From: Thermoplasmata archaeon
GTDB taxonomy: Archaea > Thermoplasmatota > SW-10-69-26 > JACQPN01 > JAJPHT01
Assembly: GCA_034667685.1 (NCBI GenBank)
Contig: JAXDQU010000068.1
Span: 1 to 42,078, forward strand
DNA: 42,078 nucleotides
Direction of reading: 5' to 3'
This document shows positions 1 through 8,625 of the stretch, one piece after another (the stretch's first letter is position 1; every line of letters begins with the position of its first letter). Under the pieces are notes generated by a model. That model was not told the origin of the DNA. It searched no databases and worked only from the letters and a program-made list of their open reading frames with translations. The position numbers and the translations under genes were made by a program.

Positions 1-2
1 CG

Positions 3-38
3 AGTTCCCGTCTTCCCTCGCTTCCCCTCTTCCCTTCG
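3..38. repeat. Periodic pyrimidine-rich (TTCCC-based) intergenic repeat, possibly truncated by the window edge
   Basis: TTCCC recurs at 7-9 nt spacing; ttcccgtcttccctcgcttccc at 5-26 is identical to 40671-40692. Confidence 0.7.
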
Positions 39-42
39 TCGG

Positions 43-213
43 TCAACAAGGAGTCCACGTGCACTGATAGCACGCGCAGCGCCAGCCGGTGAAGAGGTCG
101 GGCGGAGGGGACGACTCGCGCATCGCGGCGCCGCAGGACGGGCACGCCGCTCCGGCGCGCACGACGCCCGCGTGCGTGCAGGTGGCGCAGACGGCGAAGG
201 CGCGCGCGGGCAC
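43..213 (-). CDS. Small Cys-rich putative zinc-ribbon protein (~56 aa)
   Basis: GTG start; CATC...CPSC...CACYQC...C in the C-terminal part of ORF 43..690. Confidence 0.5.
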   Translation of the reverse strand: MPARAFAVCATCTHAGVVRAGAACPSCGAAMRESSPPPDLFTGWRCACYQCTWTPC

Positions 214-244
214 GCGCGGGGCAGGGCCCTCCCGCCACGAGAAG

Positions 245-593
245 CTACCGGCGAGCGAGGACGAGGGCCGCGACGGCCGCCGCGCCCACGATGCCCAGCG
301 CGAGCGCCAGGGGCGTCGGGAAGAACGGCACGTCCGCGTGGCCCAGCGCGGTCGCGGAGACCGGCGTACAGGCGTCGCTTCCCTCGCGCGTGTTAGCCAT
401 ACTGCCACGGCCCGTCGCCGACCTCGCGGTGGACGCGGTAGCCGATCGCCTGCGGCACGTCGGCCCACGTGAGCGTGATCGAGCCGTCGGCGTTCGCGTG
501 CGCGCTCACCTCCGAGGGGCAGGCGGGCGCGAGGGTCTGCGCGCTGGCGAGCGGCGCGAAGGCAAGCAGCGCGAGAAGCGGGAGCGCGCGCAT
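245..593 (-). pseudogene. Disrupted secreted FN3-like protein with C-terminal VPFFP-TM-RR anchor, split over two frames (393..593 and 245..400)
   Basis: Signal peptide MRALPLLALLAFAPLASA plus ITLTW...GYRVHR stops at TAA 393-395; another frame continues NTREGSDACTPVSAT...VPFFPTPLALALGIVGAAAVAALVLARR*. Confidence 0.6.
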
Positions 594-643
594 GGGCGAG
601 CGGTCCGAGCCTCGCGGCTCGGGCTTCGTGGTACACCGCTCGG

Positions 644-2188
644 TCAGTGCCGGAAGCTCCTCTGGCCCGTGAACACCATGGCGATCCCATGCTCGTCGGC
701 GGCCTGGATGACCTCCGCGTCCCGGATGCTGCCGCCCGGGTGCACGATCGCGGCGACGCCGGCCTCGGCGGCCTCGTCCACGCCGTCGCGGAAGGGGAAG
801 AACGCCTCGCTCGCCATGACGGAGCCGCGCAGCTTCACGCCGCCCTTGAGGACGGCGATGCGCGCCGCGTCGACGCGCGCGGTCTGCCCGCCGCCGATGG
901 CGATGGTCTGCTCGTCCTTGGCGAAGAGCACGGCGTTGCTGCGCACGTGGCGCACCGCCTTGAACGCGAAGAGCATGTCGCGGAGCTGCGCCGGCGTGGG
1001 CTGCGCCTTGCTGACGACCTTCCACGTCGAGGTGTCGGGCTCCAGGATGTCGCGGTCCTGCACGACGAGGCCGCCCACGACGCTCTTGATCTGGAGGCCG
1101 CCGTAGTGGCCGTGCTCCGCGAGCCCGGGCACCTCCAGGAGGCGCAGGTTCTTCTTCGCGGTGAGGACGCGCAGCGCGGCCTGGCTGAACGAGGGCGCGA
1201 CGATGAGCTCCAGGAAGAGCTTGCCCATCTCGGTCGCCGTGGCCTCGTCCACCTCGCGGTTGAGCGCGATGACGCCGCCGAAGGGCGAGTAGGTGTCCGT
1301 GGCGTACGCGGCCTCGTACGCGGCGAGCGGCGTGTCGGCGCTGGCGATCCCGCAGGGCGTGGCGTGCTTGACGATGACGCAACTGGGGCGCGCGAACTCC
1401 TTCACGCACTCGATGACGCAGTCCGCGTCCACGATGTTGTTGAACGAGAGCTCCTTGCCGTGGATCTGCCTGGCGTTCACGACGCAGGGCTCGCTCGTGG
1501 GCTTGCCCTTGTAGAACGCGGCGCGCTGGTGCGCGTTCTCGCCGTAGCGGAGGTCTTGCAGCTTCTCGTACGAAAGCGAAAGATATCTCGGGAAGTCCTC
1601 GTCGAGGACCTTGCTGCGGAAGTACTGGTTGATGATCGCGTCGTAGCGCGCCGTGTGCGCGAACGCATCCGCCGCGAGCCGCTCGCGTGTCCCGAGGCTC
1701 GTGTGGCCGTGCTTCTCGAGCTCGGCGGCGACGGCCGCGTACTGCTGCGGGCTCGTGACGACGGCGACGTGGTGGTAGTTCTTGGCCGCGCTGCGGATCA
1801 GCGTGGGCCCGCCGATGTCGATGTTCTCCAGCACCTGCGCGAGCGGCGCGCCGGAGGCGACGGTCCACTCGAAGGGGTAGAGGTTGACGACCACGAGGTC
1901 GATGAGCGGGATCTGGTGCTTGGCCGCGGCATCCAGGTCGCGCGGGTCGTCGCGCCGCGCCAGCACGCCGCCCGTGATGCGCGGGTGCATGGTCTTGACG
2001 CGGCCGTCCATCATCTCGGGGAAGCCGGTGACGTCGCTGACGTCCCGGACGGCGAGGCCGCTCTCGCGCAGCAGCTTGGCGGTGCCGCCCGTGGAGAGGA
2101 TCTGCCCGCCGGACTGGACGACGCGGCGCGCGAAGTCCGGGAGCCCGGACTTGTCGGACACGGAGAAGAGCGCGTGGAAGGGCCGCAA
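644..2188 (-). CDS. purH: Bifunctional AICAR transformylase/IMP cyclohydrolase
   Basis: SVSDKSG, STGGTAK, GRVKTMHP, ENIDIGGPTLIRSAAKN, LRYGENAHQ, C-terminal FTGQRSFRH. Confidence 0.97.
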   Translation of the reverse strand: MRPFHALFSVSDKSGLPDFARRVVQSGGQILSTGGTAKLLRESGLAVRDVSDVTGFPEMMDGRVKTMHPRITGGVLARRDDPRDLDAAAKHQIPLIDLVVVNLYPFEWTVASGAPLAQVLENIDIGGPTLIRSAAKNYHHVAVVTSPQQYAAVAAELEKHGHTSLGTRERLAADAFAHTARYDAIINQYFRSKVLDEDFPRYLSLSYEKLQDLRYGENAHQRAAFYKGKPTSEPCVVNARQIHGKELSFNNIVDADCVIECVKEFARPSCVIVKHATPCGIASADTPLAAYEAAYATDTYSPFGGVIALNREVDEATATEMGKLFLELIVAPSFSQAALRVLTAKKNLRLLEVPGLAEHGHYGGLQIKSVVGGLVVQDRDILEPDTSTWKVVSKAQPTPAQLRDMLFAFKAVRHVRSNAVLFAKDEQTIAIGGGQTARVDAARIAVLKGGVKLRGSVMASEAFFPFRDGVDEAAEAGVAAIVHPGGSIRDAEVIQAADEHGIAMVFTGQRSFRH

Positions 2189-2234
2189 GTGCGCTTACCG
2201 CGCCGAGATTGCGGGCCCCTACAAAAGCCTGTGC

Positions 2235-3218
2235 TCAGAACCCGTATAGTTCGGGCCGCAGCCTTGGCAGGAACGCCATGAGCACGGCGGGCTCCGTCAG
2301 CGCGGTGCGCGTCACGTGGCCGCGCGAGAGCCAGCCGACCGCGCCCTCCTTGCGGCCGATGTCGGGCTCGCCGGAGAGCGCCCCGAGCGCGTCGCCCACG
2401 CTCCGCCCCGCGCGCACCTGCTCGTCCACGTGGGGCGGGTGCGCGAAGCCCGGGCCGTGGCCGTACGTGACGCGCCCCATGCGGTCCGCGACGGCGCACG
2501 CCTGCACGTCCATGAGCCCCTGCTCCAGCCTGAATAGCCCGGCTTCGATGCCCACGCCGAAGTCCGCCTCGGGCCAGAGGACGAGCGCCTCGCGGGCGCG
2601 GTGGAGCGCGCCCTTCCACGTGTCGTGCTCGAAGGGCTGCTCGGGGACGCCCGTCGCGACGGCGAAGCCGCGCACGTCCGCCTCGCCGAACAGGCGCGCG
2701 GCGGCCAGGCGCGTCGCCTCGACCTTCACGGGGTTCTCGCTGCCCACCGCGACCCGGACGGGGCGCGTGAGGTGCCCCTCGCGGTCGACCTCGCCGTTGC
2801 GGATGCGCGTGCTCTTGATGGGGCGCGCGTCGTCGGCCAGCACGTAGGGCGCCAGCACGATGCGAAGCTCCGAGAGGCCGCGGGCGCGCCGCTCCTGGTT
2901 GATCGCCTCGGCGGTGCCCACCGTCTCCTCGGTCGCGGCGATGGCGGAGAAGCGCGGCTCCAGCGCGAAGCCGACCGGCGTGCCGATGGGCAGGATCTCG
3001 GCGCGTGATAGCACCCCGCGCGCGGCGAGGAAGGCCTTCAGCGCCTCGACGCGCTGCGCGTACGGGTGGACCTTGCGGGCGCGGCGCTGGTTGGCGAACG
3101 CGTCGGTCGTGACGCCGATGCTGACGCCCTCGTCGCCCGCGGCGAACGCGGCGTCGAGGAGCGCCTGGTGCCCGCGATGCAGGACGTCGAACGTCCCGCC
3201 CATGCACACCCGGGTCAC
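2235..3218 (-). CDS. coaD: Phosphopantetheine adenylyltransferase (archaeal type) fused to YjjX-like inosine/xanthosine triphosphatase
   Basis: GGTFDVLHRGH (HxGH) and KSTRIRNGEVDREG, followed by VAVGSENPVK, VPEQP, VGIEAG, GAVGWLS. Confidence 0.88.
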   Translation of the reverse strand: MTRVCMGGTFDVLHRGHQALLDAAFAAGDEGVSIGVTTDAFANQRRARKVHPYAQRVEALKAFLAARGVLSRAEILPIGTPVGFALEPRFSAIAATEETVGTAEAINQERRARGLSELRIVLAPYVLADDARPIKSTRIRNGEVDREGHLTRPVRVAVGSENPVKVEATRLAAARLFGEADVRGFAVATGVPEQPFEHDTWKGALHRAREALVLWPEADFGVGIEAGLFRLEQGLMDVQACAVADRMGRVTYGHGPGFAHPPHVDEQVRAGRSVGDALGALSGEPDIGRKEGAVGWLSRGHVTRTALTEPAVLMAFLPRLRPELYGF

Positions 3219-3249
3219 GGACGGCAGAGCCTCGTCGGGGCGGATAAGG

Positions 3250-4200
3250 TTAGGCGGGCTGGACGTCGACGGCGCCGCTGCCGGTCGAGAGGCTCACGCC
3301 GGCGCGGATCGCGCGCGAGGCGTAGCCGCTCGTCTCGAACGTGCGGTGGTCGCACGGGCCGGAGGGCGGGCACGCGCTCGTCATGCCGTCCTTCAGGCCG
3401 ATGGTGATGCCGCCGCTGCCGGTGGACGCCGTGAGCGCATAGCCGTGCTGCGCGTCCTCGGGGAGCCGGAGCGAGACCTTGCCGCTGCCGGTGGAGACGC
3501 TGACGTCGCCGCTGGCCGTGGGCGTGAGCGTCGCGTCGACGCTGCCGCTCCCCGTGTGGAGGGTCGCGTCGACGATGCTCGTCTTCGCGCCGATGCTGCC
3601 CGAGCCGGTCGAGAGCGAGAGCGAGGTCGTCGCGCCGCCCGTCACCGTGATCGCGCCCGAGCCGTCGCTGGCGCTCAGCTCCATCGCGACGCTGCGCGGA
3701 ACCTTGAGGGCGAGCGCAGCGGCGTAGCCCGCGTCCTGGCTCTGGTTCATCTTCGCCCGGGCGCGGATCTCGTGCGCGCCGGCCGTCTCGTGCGACCAGC
3801 GGAAGTCGATGGCCGCGAGGTTCGCGTTCGCCTCGTCGGGCGTCGTGCCGCGCGCCTTGAGCACGGCGACGAGGCTCCACGATCCGTCGTTGGCCTCGTC
3901 GACCTGGATGGGGCCGGAGAAGGTCGAAAGGTCGACCGGCAGGCGCGCGATGCCCTGGATCGTGCCGGTCACGGTGATGGTGCGCACGGCGCAGAGCGCG
4001 CCGGGGATCATGGAGCCGCCGCCCACGTTGATTCCCTCGATGCAGGGGGCCAGCGTGTCGTTGCGCGACTCCTGCGCGCTCATGCTGGCGGCCGCCCCGG
4101 ACGGGGCTGCGTCCCGCGTGGGCTGCGTGGCGTTCGGGTCGGGCTGGATGCAGCCGGCGACGATGAGAAGGAAGAGGACGAGGGCAAGGGGTGCGCGCAT
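3250..4200 (-). CDS. DUF4097-like beta-repeat (adhesin-like) lipoprotein
   Basis: Signal ending VAGC; repeated STGSGSI/V units. Confidence 0.8.
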   Translation of the reverse strand: MRAPLALVLFLLIVAGCIQPDPNATQPTRDAAPSGAAASMSAQESRNDTLAPCIEGINVGGGSMIPGALCAVRTITVTGTIQGIARLPVDLSTFSGPIQVDEANDGSWSLVAVLKARGTTPDEANANLAAIDFRWSHETAGAHEIRARAKMNQSQDAGYAAALALKVPRSVAMELSASDGSGAITVTGGATTSLSLSTGSGSIGAKTSIVDATLHTGSGSVDATLTPTASGDVSVSTGSGKVSLRLPEDAQHGYALTASTGSGGITIGLKDGMTSACPPSGPCDHRTFETSGYASRAIRAGVSLSTGSGAVDVQPA

Positions 4201-4209
4201 GGGATCGCC

Positions 4210-5154
4210 TCACGCGGGGCCCACGGCGACCTGGCCGTTGGTGGCCTGGGCCGTGACCATCGTCTGGATGGCGCGCTGGTCGTAGCCGTGCGTCTTGAAC
4301 GAGCGCTCGTTGCAGGGCGGCGTGTAGTACTGCGAGCCCTGCGGGCAGGGGCCGAGGTCGCCGTCCCGGAGCGAGATGCTGACCTGGCCGTTTGTCGTCT
4401 TGCCCGTCACGTCGTAGCCGTGCTGCGCGTCCTCGGGCAGCGAGAGCGAGACCTGCCCGTTGACGGTCGTGGCGCTGATGCGGCCGCTGGCGGTGGGCCG
4501 GAGCGAGGCCTGGATCTGGCCGTTCACGGTCTGGAGGGAGACCTGCGTCACGTCGGCGTGCACGTTGAGCGGGCCGTTGACCGTCTCGACCGAGAGGCCG
4601 TCGGTCTTGCCATCGACGCTGACCTCGCCGTTGGTGGTGGCGAGCGTGACGACGAGCGTGATGCCGGGCGGGAGCGTGACGTCGAGGTCGGCCTGCGCGT
4701 CCTTGCAGCAGTCGTTGCCGTCCTTCTTGGCCTCGGCCTGCACGAAGTGGCTGGAGCCGTCCGTGTGGCGCCAGTCGTAGATCACGTGGTCGAGGTTCGC
4801 GTTCGCCTCGTCCTGCGACGCGCCGTAGGCCTTGATGTCGGCCACGAGGCTCCAGCTTCCGGCGGCGCCCTGGCGGACGTGGACGTGGCCGTTGAACGAC
4901 TTGAGGTCCACGTCCATCTTGTCGACCCCCGAGAGGTCGCCCGCGACGGAGACGCGCCGTCCCGCGCAGTACGCGCTGCCGCTGCCGCCGTTCCCGGTGC
5001 ACGACTGGTTCGCGGTCTGGGCGCTGGCGGTCATGTTGCCGCCGCTGTTGTGGGTGGCGGGCGGGGGCGAGCTGGGGTCCGCGGGGTTGGAGGGCTGGAT
5101 GCAGCCTGCCGCGAGGGCGAGGAGCACGAGCGCGACGGGCACGAGCCGGGTCAT
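4210..5154 (-). CDS. DUF4097-like beta-repeat lipoprotein, tandem paralogue of 3250..4200
   Basis: Signal ending AAGC; repeated TTNG/TVNG units; shares AGCIQP, SWSLVA, DEANANL and LPEDAQHGY with its neighbour. Confidence 0.8.
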   Translation of the reverse strand: MTRLVPVALVLLALAAGCIQPSNPADPSSPPPATHNSGGNMTASAQTANQSCTGNGGSGSAYCAGRRVSVAGDLSGVDKMDVDLKSFNGHVHVRQGAAGSWSLVADIKAYGASQDEANANLDHVIYDWRHTDGSSHFVQAEAKKDGNDCCKDAQADLDVTLPPGITLVVTLATTNGEVSVDGKTDGLSVETVNGPLNVHADVTQVSLQTVNGQIQASLRPTASGRISATTVNGQVSLSLPEDAQHGYDVTGKTTNGQVSISLRDGDLGPCPQGSQYYTPPCNERSFKTHGYDQRAIQTMVTAQATNGQVAVGPA

Positions 5155-5176
5155 GGCGCGCCGACCCGGAATGGGG

Positions 5177-5188
5177 AATAAAACGTTG
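5177..5188 (-). promoter_or_regulatory. BRE/TATA-like element for the DUF4097 genes
   Basis: CAACGTTTTATT on the minus strand, ending ~23 nt before ATG 5154. Confidence 0.55.
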
Positions 5189-5190
5189 TT

Positions 5191-5380
5191 GGACCGCGCG
5201 CTGAAGCGGAAGGAACCTTCCTTCGCGGAAGGTCGGCGAGGGGAGAAGTCCCCCCTCGCCACGGAGTCGCGGGATGCCCTTCGAGAAGAAAGGCCTCGCG
5301 CGGTGTGCGCCCGCAAGGCCTGGAAGGGTACGGATGCCGGTCGGCGGCCCAGATTGTGCCTCCGGCTTCCCGCGAGTCCG
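5191..5380 (+). ncRNA. Candidate structured RNA or element of unknown family
   Basis: Several stems visible (5215-5233, 5235-5260, 5262-5278/5364-5380); no convincing ORF. Confidence 0.35.
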
Positions 5381-5392
5381 GGAATGGGTTCA

Positions 5393-5403
5393 CAACGTTT
5401 ATT
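5393..5403 (+). promoter_or_regulatory. BRE/TATA-like element for the wHTH gene
   Basis: CAACGTTTATT ending ~25 nt before GTG 5428. Confidence 0.55.
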
Positions 5404-5427
5404 GATTTTGCAATTTCTCAAAGGCGC

Positions 5428-5721
5428 GTGACCCGGGACGAGTGGAGCCTCACGCGCGACCCGGAGGACGTCGCGCGCCTCGTCCGCATGCTGGGCGCCA
5501 GCGTCAACGTCGCCATCCTGCGCGAGCTGGCCCGCGCGCGCCGCAAGGGCGAGGGGTGGATGTACCTCTCCGAGATTGCCGCGAAGGTGGGCGAGGCGCC
5601 CGGCACGGTGAGCGTCGCGATCCAGAAGATGATGCCGCTCCTCGAGGAGAAGCGCGAGAAGGGGCTGCGGTATTTTCGCGCGACGCTCGTGGATCTACGT
5701 TTCGAGGCGGACCGGCCCTAA
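5428..5721 (+). CDS. Winged-helix (ArsR-like) transcriptional regulator
   Basis: LGASVNVAIL...YLSEIAAKVGEAPGTVSVAIQKM...EKREKGLRYF. Confidence 0.75.
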   Translation: MTRDEWSLTRDPEDVARLVRMLGASVNVAILRELARARRKGEGWMYLSEIAAKVGEAPGTVSVAIQKMMPLLEEKREKGLRYFRATLVDLRFEADRP

Positions 5722-6185
5722 GGCTTCAGGATCGCCGCTTCGGCGTCCGCCAGCCGCCCGCGCACGTCCTCGCCCGCGCGGCGCGCGACCACGAGGCGCG
5801 CGACGTCGAGGCTCAGCATGCCCCCGCGCTTGGCGCGCTCCAGCTCGGCCTCGTGCTCCGCGGGCTGGGGCTTGGGCTGAGGCTGGGGCTGAGGCTGAGG
5901 CTGAGGCTGGGGGAGCGCGGCGATCTCCTCCTCCAGCAGCGCCTTCGCCTGCGGACGGAACGTCAGGGGCACGTGGACCGCGGCGGGGTCGAACGTCGCG
6001 CGCAACGCGTCCCCCTCGGCCACGAGAAGGCCTGCTTCGAGCGCGCGGGCGACGACCTTCTTGGACTCCTCGGGCGCGAACCAGCGCAGGTCCATCGAGA
6101 GGACCATGTGCAGGTCGAGGCGCGGCATCGTGCGCGCCCCCTTGCGCTGGTACGCGAACGCGATCGCCCGCGCGAGGTCGCTCAT
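5718..6185 (-). CDS. DUF2240 family protein
   Basis: LSMDLRWFAPEESKKVV...GLL motif typical of archaeal DUF2240; PQ linker. Confidence 0.8.
   Translation of the reverse strand: MSDLARAIAFAYQRKGARTMPRLDLHMVLSMDLRWFAPEESKKVVARALEAGLLVAEGDALRATFDPAAVHVPLTFRPQAKALLEEEIAALPQPQPQPQPQPQPKPQPAEHEAELERAKRGGMLSLDVARLVVARRAGEDVRGRLADAEAAILKP
5864..5910 (-). repeat. Coding hexamer repeat (CAGCCY)n giving a PQ linker
   Basis: ggctga/ggctgg tandem units encoding PQPQPQPQPQPQPKPQP. Confidence 0.85.
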
Positions 6186-6787
6186 TGGGGCTCCTCCGCG
6201 GGAAGCTCGGCGGGGGCAAGCAGCGCGCCGGCGAAGCCCATCTCCTGCGCCTGGCCCGCGAGGCGCCGCGGGATGCCCTGCGCCCAGCGATCCGAGCCGG
6301 GCGGCAGCGCGTGCAGGTCGGGCTCGGCGTCCAGGATGTGCACAACGCCCACGCCCGCGGCCTGCGCGAGCGCGACCACCGCGTCGGGGCCGCGCTTGTC
6401 GTGCGGGTTCGGGAGGAAGCGCCCCTTGGGGAACTCCAACGCGAGGAAGAGCGAGCCGGGCTGCGCGAGCTGCGCCGCCTCGTCCAGCTCCCGGGCGTCG
6501 CGCAGCGTGTTCCAGCGCAGCGTCACCTGGTCGGCGCCCGCGACGAAGACGTCCATCGCGTCCGTCGCGTAGCGCGAGCCCGCGTCGACCCACAGCGAGC
6601 GGCGGCGCGAGGCCGCCTGGAGGAACTCGACCTGCGGCTCGTTGCGGCGCACGCCCTCGACGTCCACGAGCGCCACGCGGCCGAAGCGCCGGGCGAGCTG
6701 CGTGAGCACGCGCTCCGGGTCCACGCCAGGGTATTCCGGGAAGCGGCCGGCCTCCACGTGCACGACGGGCACCGTCTCGAACGCCAC
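6182..6787 (-). CDS. HisA/HisF-related TIM-barrel protein
   Basis: VALVDVEG, LWVDAG, AGADQVTL; start uncertain (the ORF is open to 6913). Confidence 0.7.
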   Translation of the reverse strand: MAFETVPVVHVEAGRFPEYPGVDPERVLTQLARRFGRVALVDVEGVRRNEPQVEFLQAASRRRSLWVDAGSRYATDAMDVFVAGADQVTLRWNTLRDARELDEAAQLAQPGSLFLALEFPKGRFLPNPHDKRGPDAVVALAQAAGVGVVHILDAEPDLHALPPGSDRWAQGIPRRLAGQAQEMGFAGALLAPAELPAEEPQ

Positions 6788-7079
6788 GCGCCGCGCAACC
6801 CCCCGCGGGGTCAAGAACGTGGGGGACGCCTTCAAGTGGAAAGCCCGCGCTGCGCGTCGCGGGAGCCTTCGGGCTTCCGCCGCGATGACGAAGAATTTTG
6901 ACTCCGACCCCAAACGTGACGAGTGATGGGCGAACGGAGCGGCTGATGGGCCAGCCTGGGCGCCGTCCCGTGCGTCGAGCGGGACGGCGTGGCGGGTTCT
7001 TCACTCGCGCGCCGCGGCCGCTCGTGGGCGTCGTGCCCATCGTGTGGGGGCATGCGCGGCGCTCCGTGCCGGGGCCGAC

Positions 7080-7625
7080 CTAGGGTGCCGTCGTGTTGTT
7101 CGTCGTGCTGTTGGTCGCGTTCGTCGGCGGCGTCGGCGTGGGCGCGGGCGTCGAGGACGCCGGCGTGCTCGGGGCGGGCGTGGAGCTGGCGGGCGTCGTC
7201 ACGACCTGCGTCTGCGTGATGACGAGCGTCTCGTGGACCACGGCGACCTCGGGGTGGCTGGGCAGGATCGCGCTCACGCGCACGTCGAGCGAGGCGTCAC
7301 CGTCGATGGCGCGCGCCGCGACGATGAGCTGCGCCTGGCCGTGGACGTCGACCGTCAGGATGTCGCCGGTGCGGTCCTTGACGGCCCACGTGTGCGCGCC
7401 CAGGATGTTGCCCGCCGCGTCCTTCACGAGCACCGTCACGTCGGGATCGCCCGATTGCGTCGTGGCGGTCGTGTCGACGCGAAGCTGCGTCGTGCCCGCG
7501 GGCACGTCCACGGGGAACGTGCGCTCGCTGCCGCCGGAAGGGGGCGCGGTCGACTGCTGGGTGTCGAGCGTGCAGCCTGCGAGCGCCACGGCAAGCAGAC
7601 AAGCCGAAAATGTCAGGGCCTTCAT
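7080..7625 (-). CDS. Lipoprotein with Pro/Thr/Ser/Asn-rich C-terminal tail
   Basis: MKALTFSACLLAVALAGC; TPASS repeats and NxS/T sequons at the C-terminus. Confidence 0.75.
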   Translation of the reverse strand: MKALTFSACLLAVALAGCTLDTQQSTAPPSGGSERTFPVDVPAGTTQLRVDTTATTQSGDPDVTVLVKDAAGNILGAHTWAVKDRTGDILTVDVHGQAQLIVAARAIDGDASLDVRVSAILPSHPEVAVVHETLVITQTQVVTTPASSTPAPSTPASSTPAPTPTPPTNATNSTTNNTTAP

Positions 7626-7663
7626 GGGGTCGGCTTGCGCTTGCCAGGCAAGCCGCTCGTGGC

Positions 7664-7803
7664 CTAGGATTCGATGCGCGGCGCCAGCAGGTAGGTCACA
7701 CGACCGAATCTGCGGATTCGGCCTATCACGTACCTGCTTCTGCCTCCGGTCGAATCCTTCGCTACGCTCAGGATTCGATCCTCGGCGCCAGCAGGTACGT
7801 GAC
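7664..7803 (-). repeat. 3'-end duplication cassette at PCNA (direct copy, antisense arm and hairpin)
   Basis: 7768-7803 vs 7664-7699 are 30/36 identical and both encode VTYLLAPRIES*; antisense arm 7726-7758; hairpin 7702-7723. Confidence 0.9.
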
Positions 7804-8502
7804 GTGACCATTTCCGCCCGCAAGGTCGAACTCGATCTTGACGGGGTAGTCGTTGCCGAGGTTCAGGTGGATGCCGGCGCTGCCCTTGGCGGCCTTCACC
7901 ATGTTGGCGAAGTAGTCGAGCGAGAAGAGCGACTTCGCCTTCTCGGTGGCCTTCAGCTCGGCGAGCATGCTCTTGTCGAGCTTGAGGTGCACCTGGTCGG
8001 TGTCGCCCTCGGCGAGCAGCTCGAAGGTGTCCTTGTCCGCGATGAGCGCGACGTGGTCCGCGATGGCCTCGGAGGCGCGGATGCCGCGCTCCAGCTCGCC
8101 CGGCGAGATCGTGACGTGCACGGGCAGGTCGAGCTTGGGGACCTTGGGGTCGTTCATGCCCGAGGTGTCCACGAGGCTCATGCGCCGCGTGACGTTGCCG
8201 ATCTTCATGACGAGGCGGTGGCCCGCGGGGTCGAAGTCCATCTCGACCTCGTCGTCGCCCGAGGCGAGCTTGAGCACTTCCTTGAACTTCTCCAGGTCGA
8301 GGCCCATCTCCATCGCGTCGGCCTTGTACTCCTGGAACGCGGCGCTGCGGAGGGTCAGCTCGACCATGGCGACGTGCGCCGGATCGACGGCCTTCAGCGA
8401 CAGGCCTTCCGACGCGACGTGCACCTTGACCTCGTCCACGAGCGTGGACGTGGCGTCGATGAGCGTCTTGAGAACGTCGGCCTTGCAGCGGGCGTGGAGC
8501 AT
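7768..8502 (-). CDS. pcn: DNA polymerase sliding clamp PCNA
   Basis: LKAVDPAHVAMV, FSLDYF, C-terminal YLLAPRIE; GAGGT RBS and TTTAAGT TATA-like element upstream. Confidence 0.97.
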   Translation of the reverse strand: MLHARCKADVLKTLIDATSTLVDEVKVHVASEGLSLKAVDPAHVAMVELTLRSAAFQEYKADAMEMGLDLEKFKEVLKLASGDDEVEMDFDPAGHRLVMKIGNVTRRMSLVDTSGMNDPKVPKLDLPVHVTISPGELERGIRASEAIADHVALIADKDTFELLAEGDTDQVHLKLDKSMLAELKATEKAKSLFSLDYFANMVKAAKGSAGIHLNLGNDYPVKIEFDLAGGNGHVTYLLAPRIES

Positions 8503-8625
8503 CGGACGACCTCGTAGGTTGCCCGAGCAATCCACCCCCTCGACTTAAACTCCTGCCCTGACGCCAGCGCCTCGACCGCTGCTTCCACTGGAAAATCCTT
8601 GGTGCCGGAGCGCCATGCCCCGCGC

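Noticed and set aside
2235-3218. PPAT-YjjX fusion as a novelty
   Set aside because: To my knowledge this fusion is already seen in Thermoplasmatota annotations
5314-5333. SRP RNA helix 8 or RNase P RNA
   Set aside because: AGGCCTGGAAGGG resembles the SRP loop, but the following AGCA and an Alu domain are absent; RNase P conserved regions were not found
5177-5403. Outer inverted repeat AATAAAACGTTG/CAACGTTTATT as MITE ends
   Set aside because: Each arm sits ~25 nt before a start codon, so two divergent BRE/TATA promoters explain it more simply
6790-7079. Short ORFs in the gap upstream of the HisA-like gene
   Set aside because: No recognisable motif or consistent codon pattern; left unannotated
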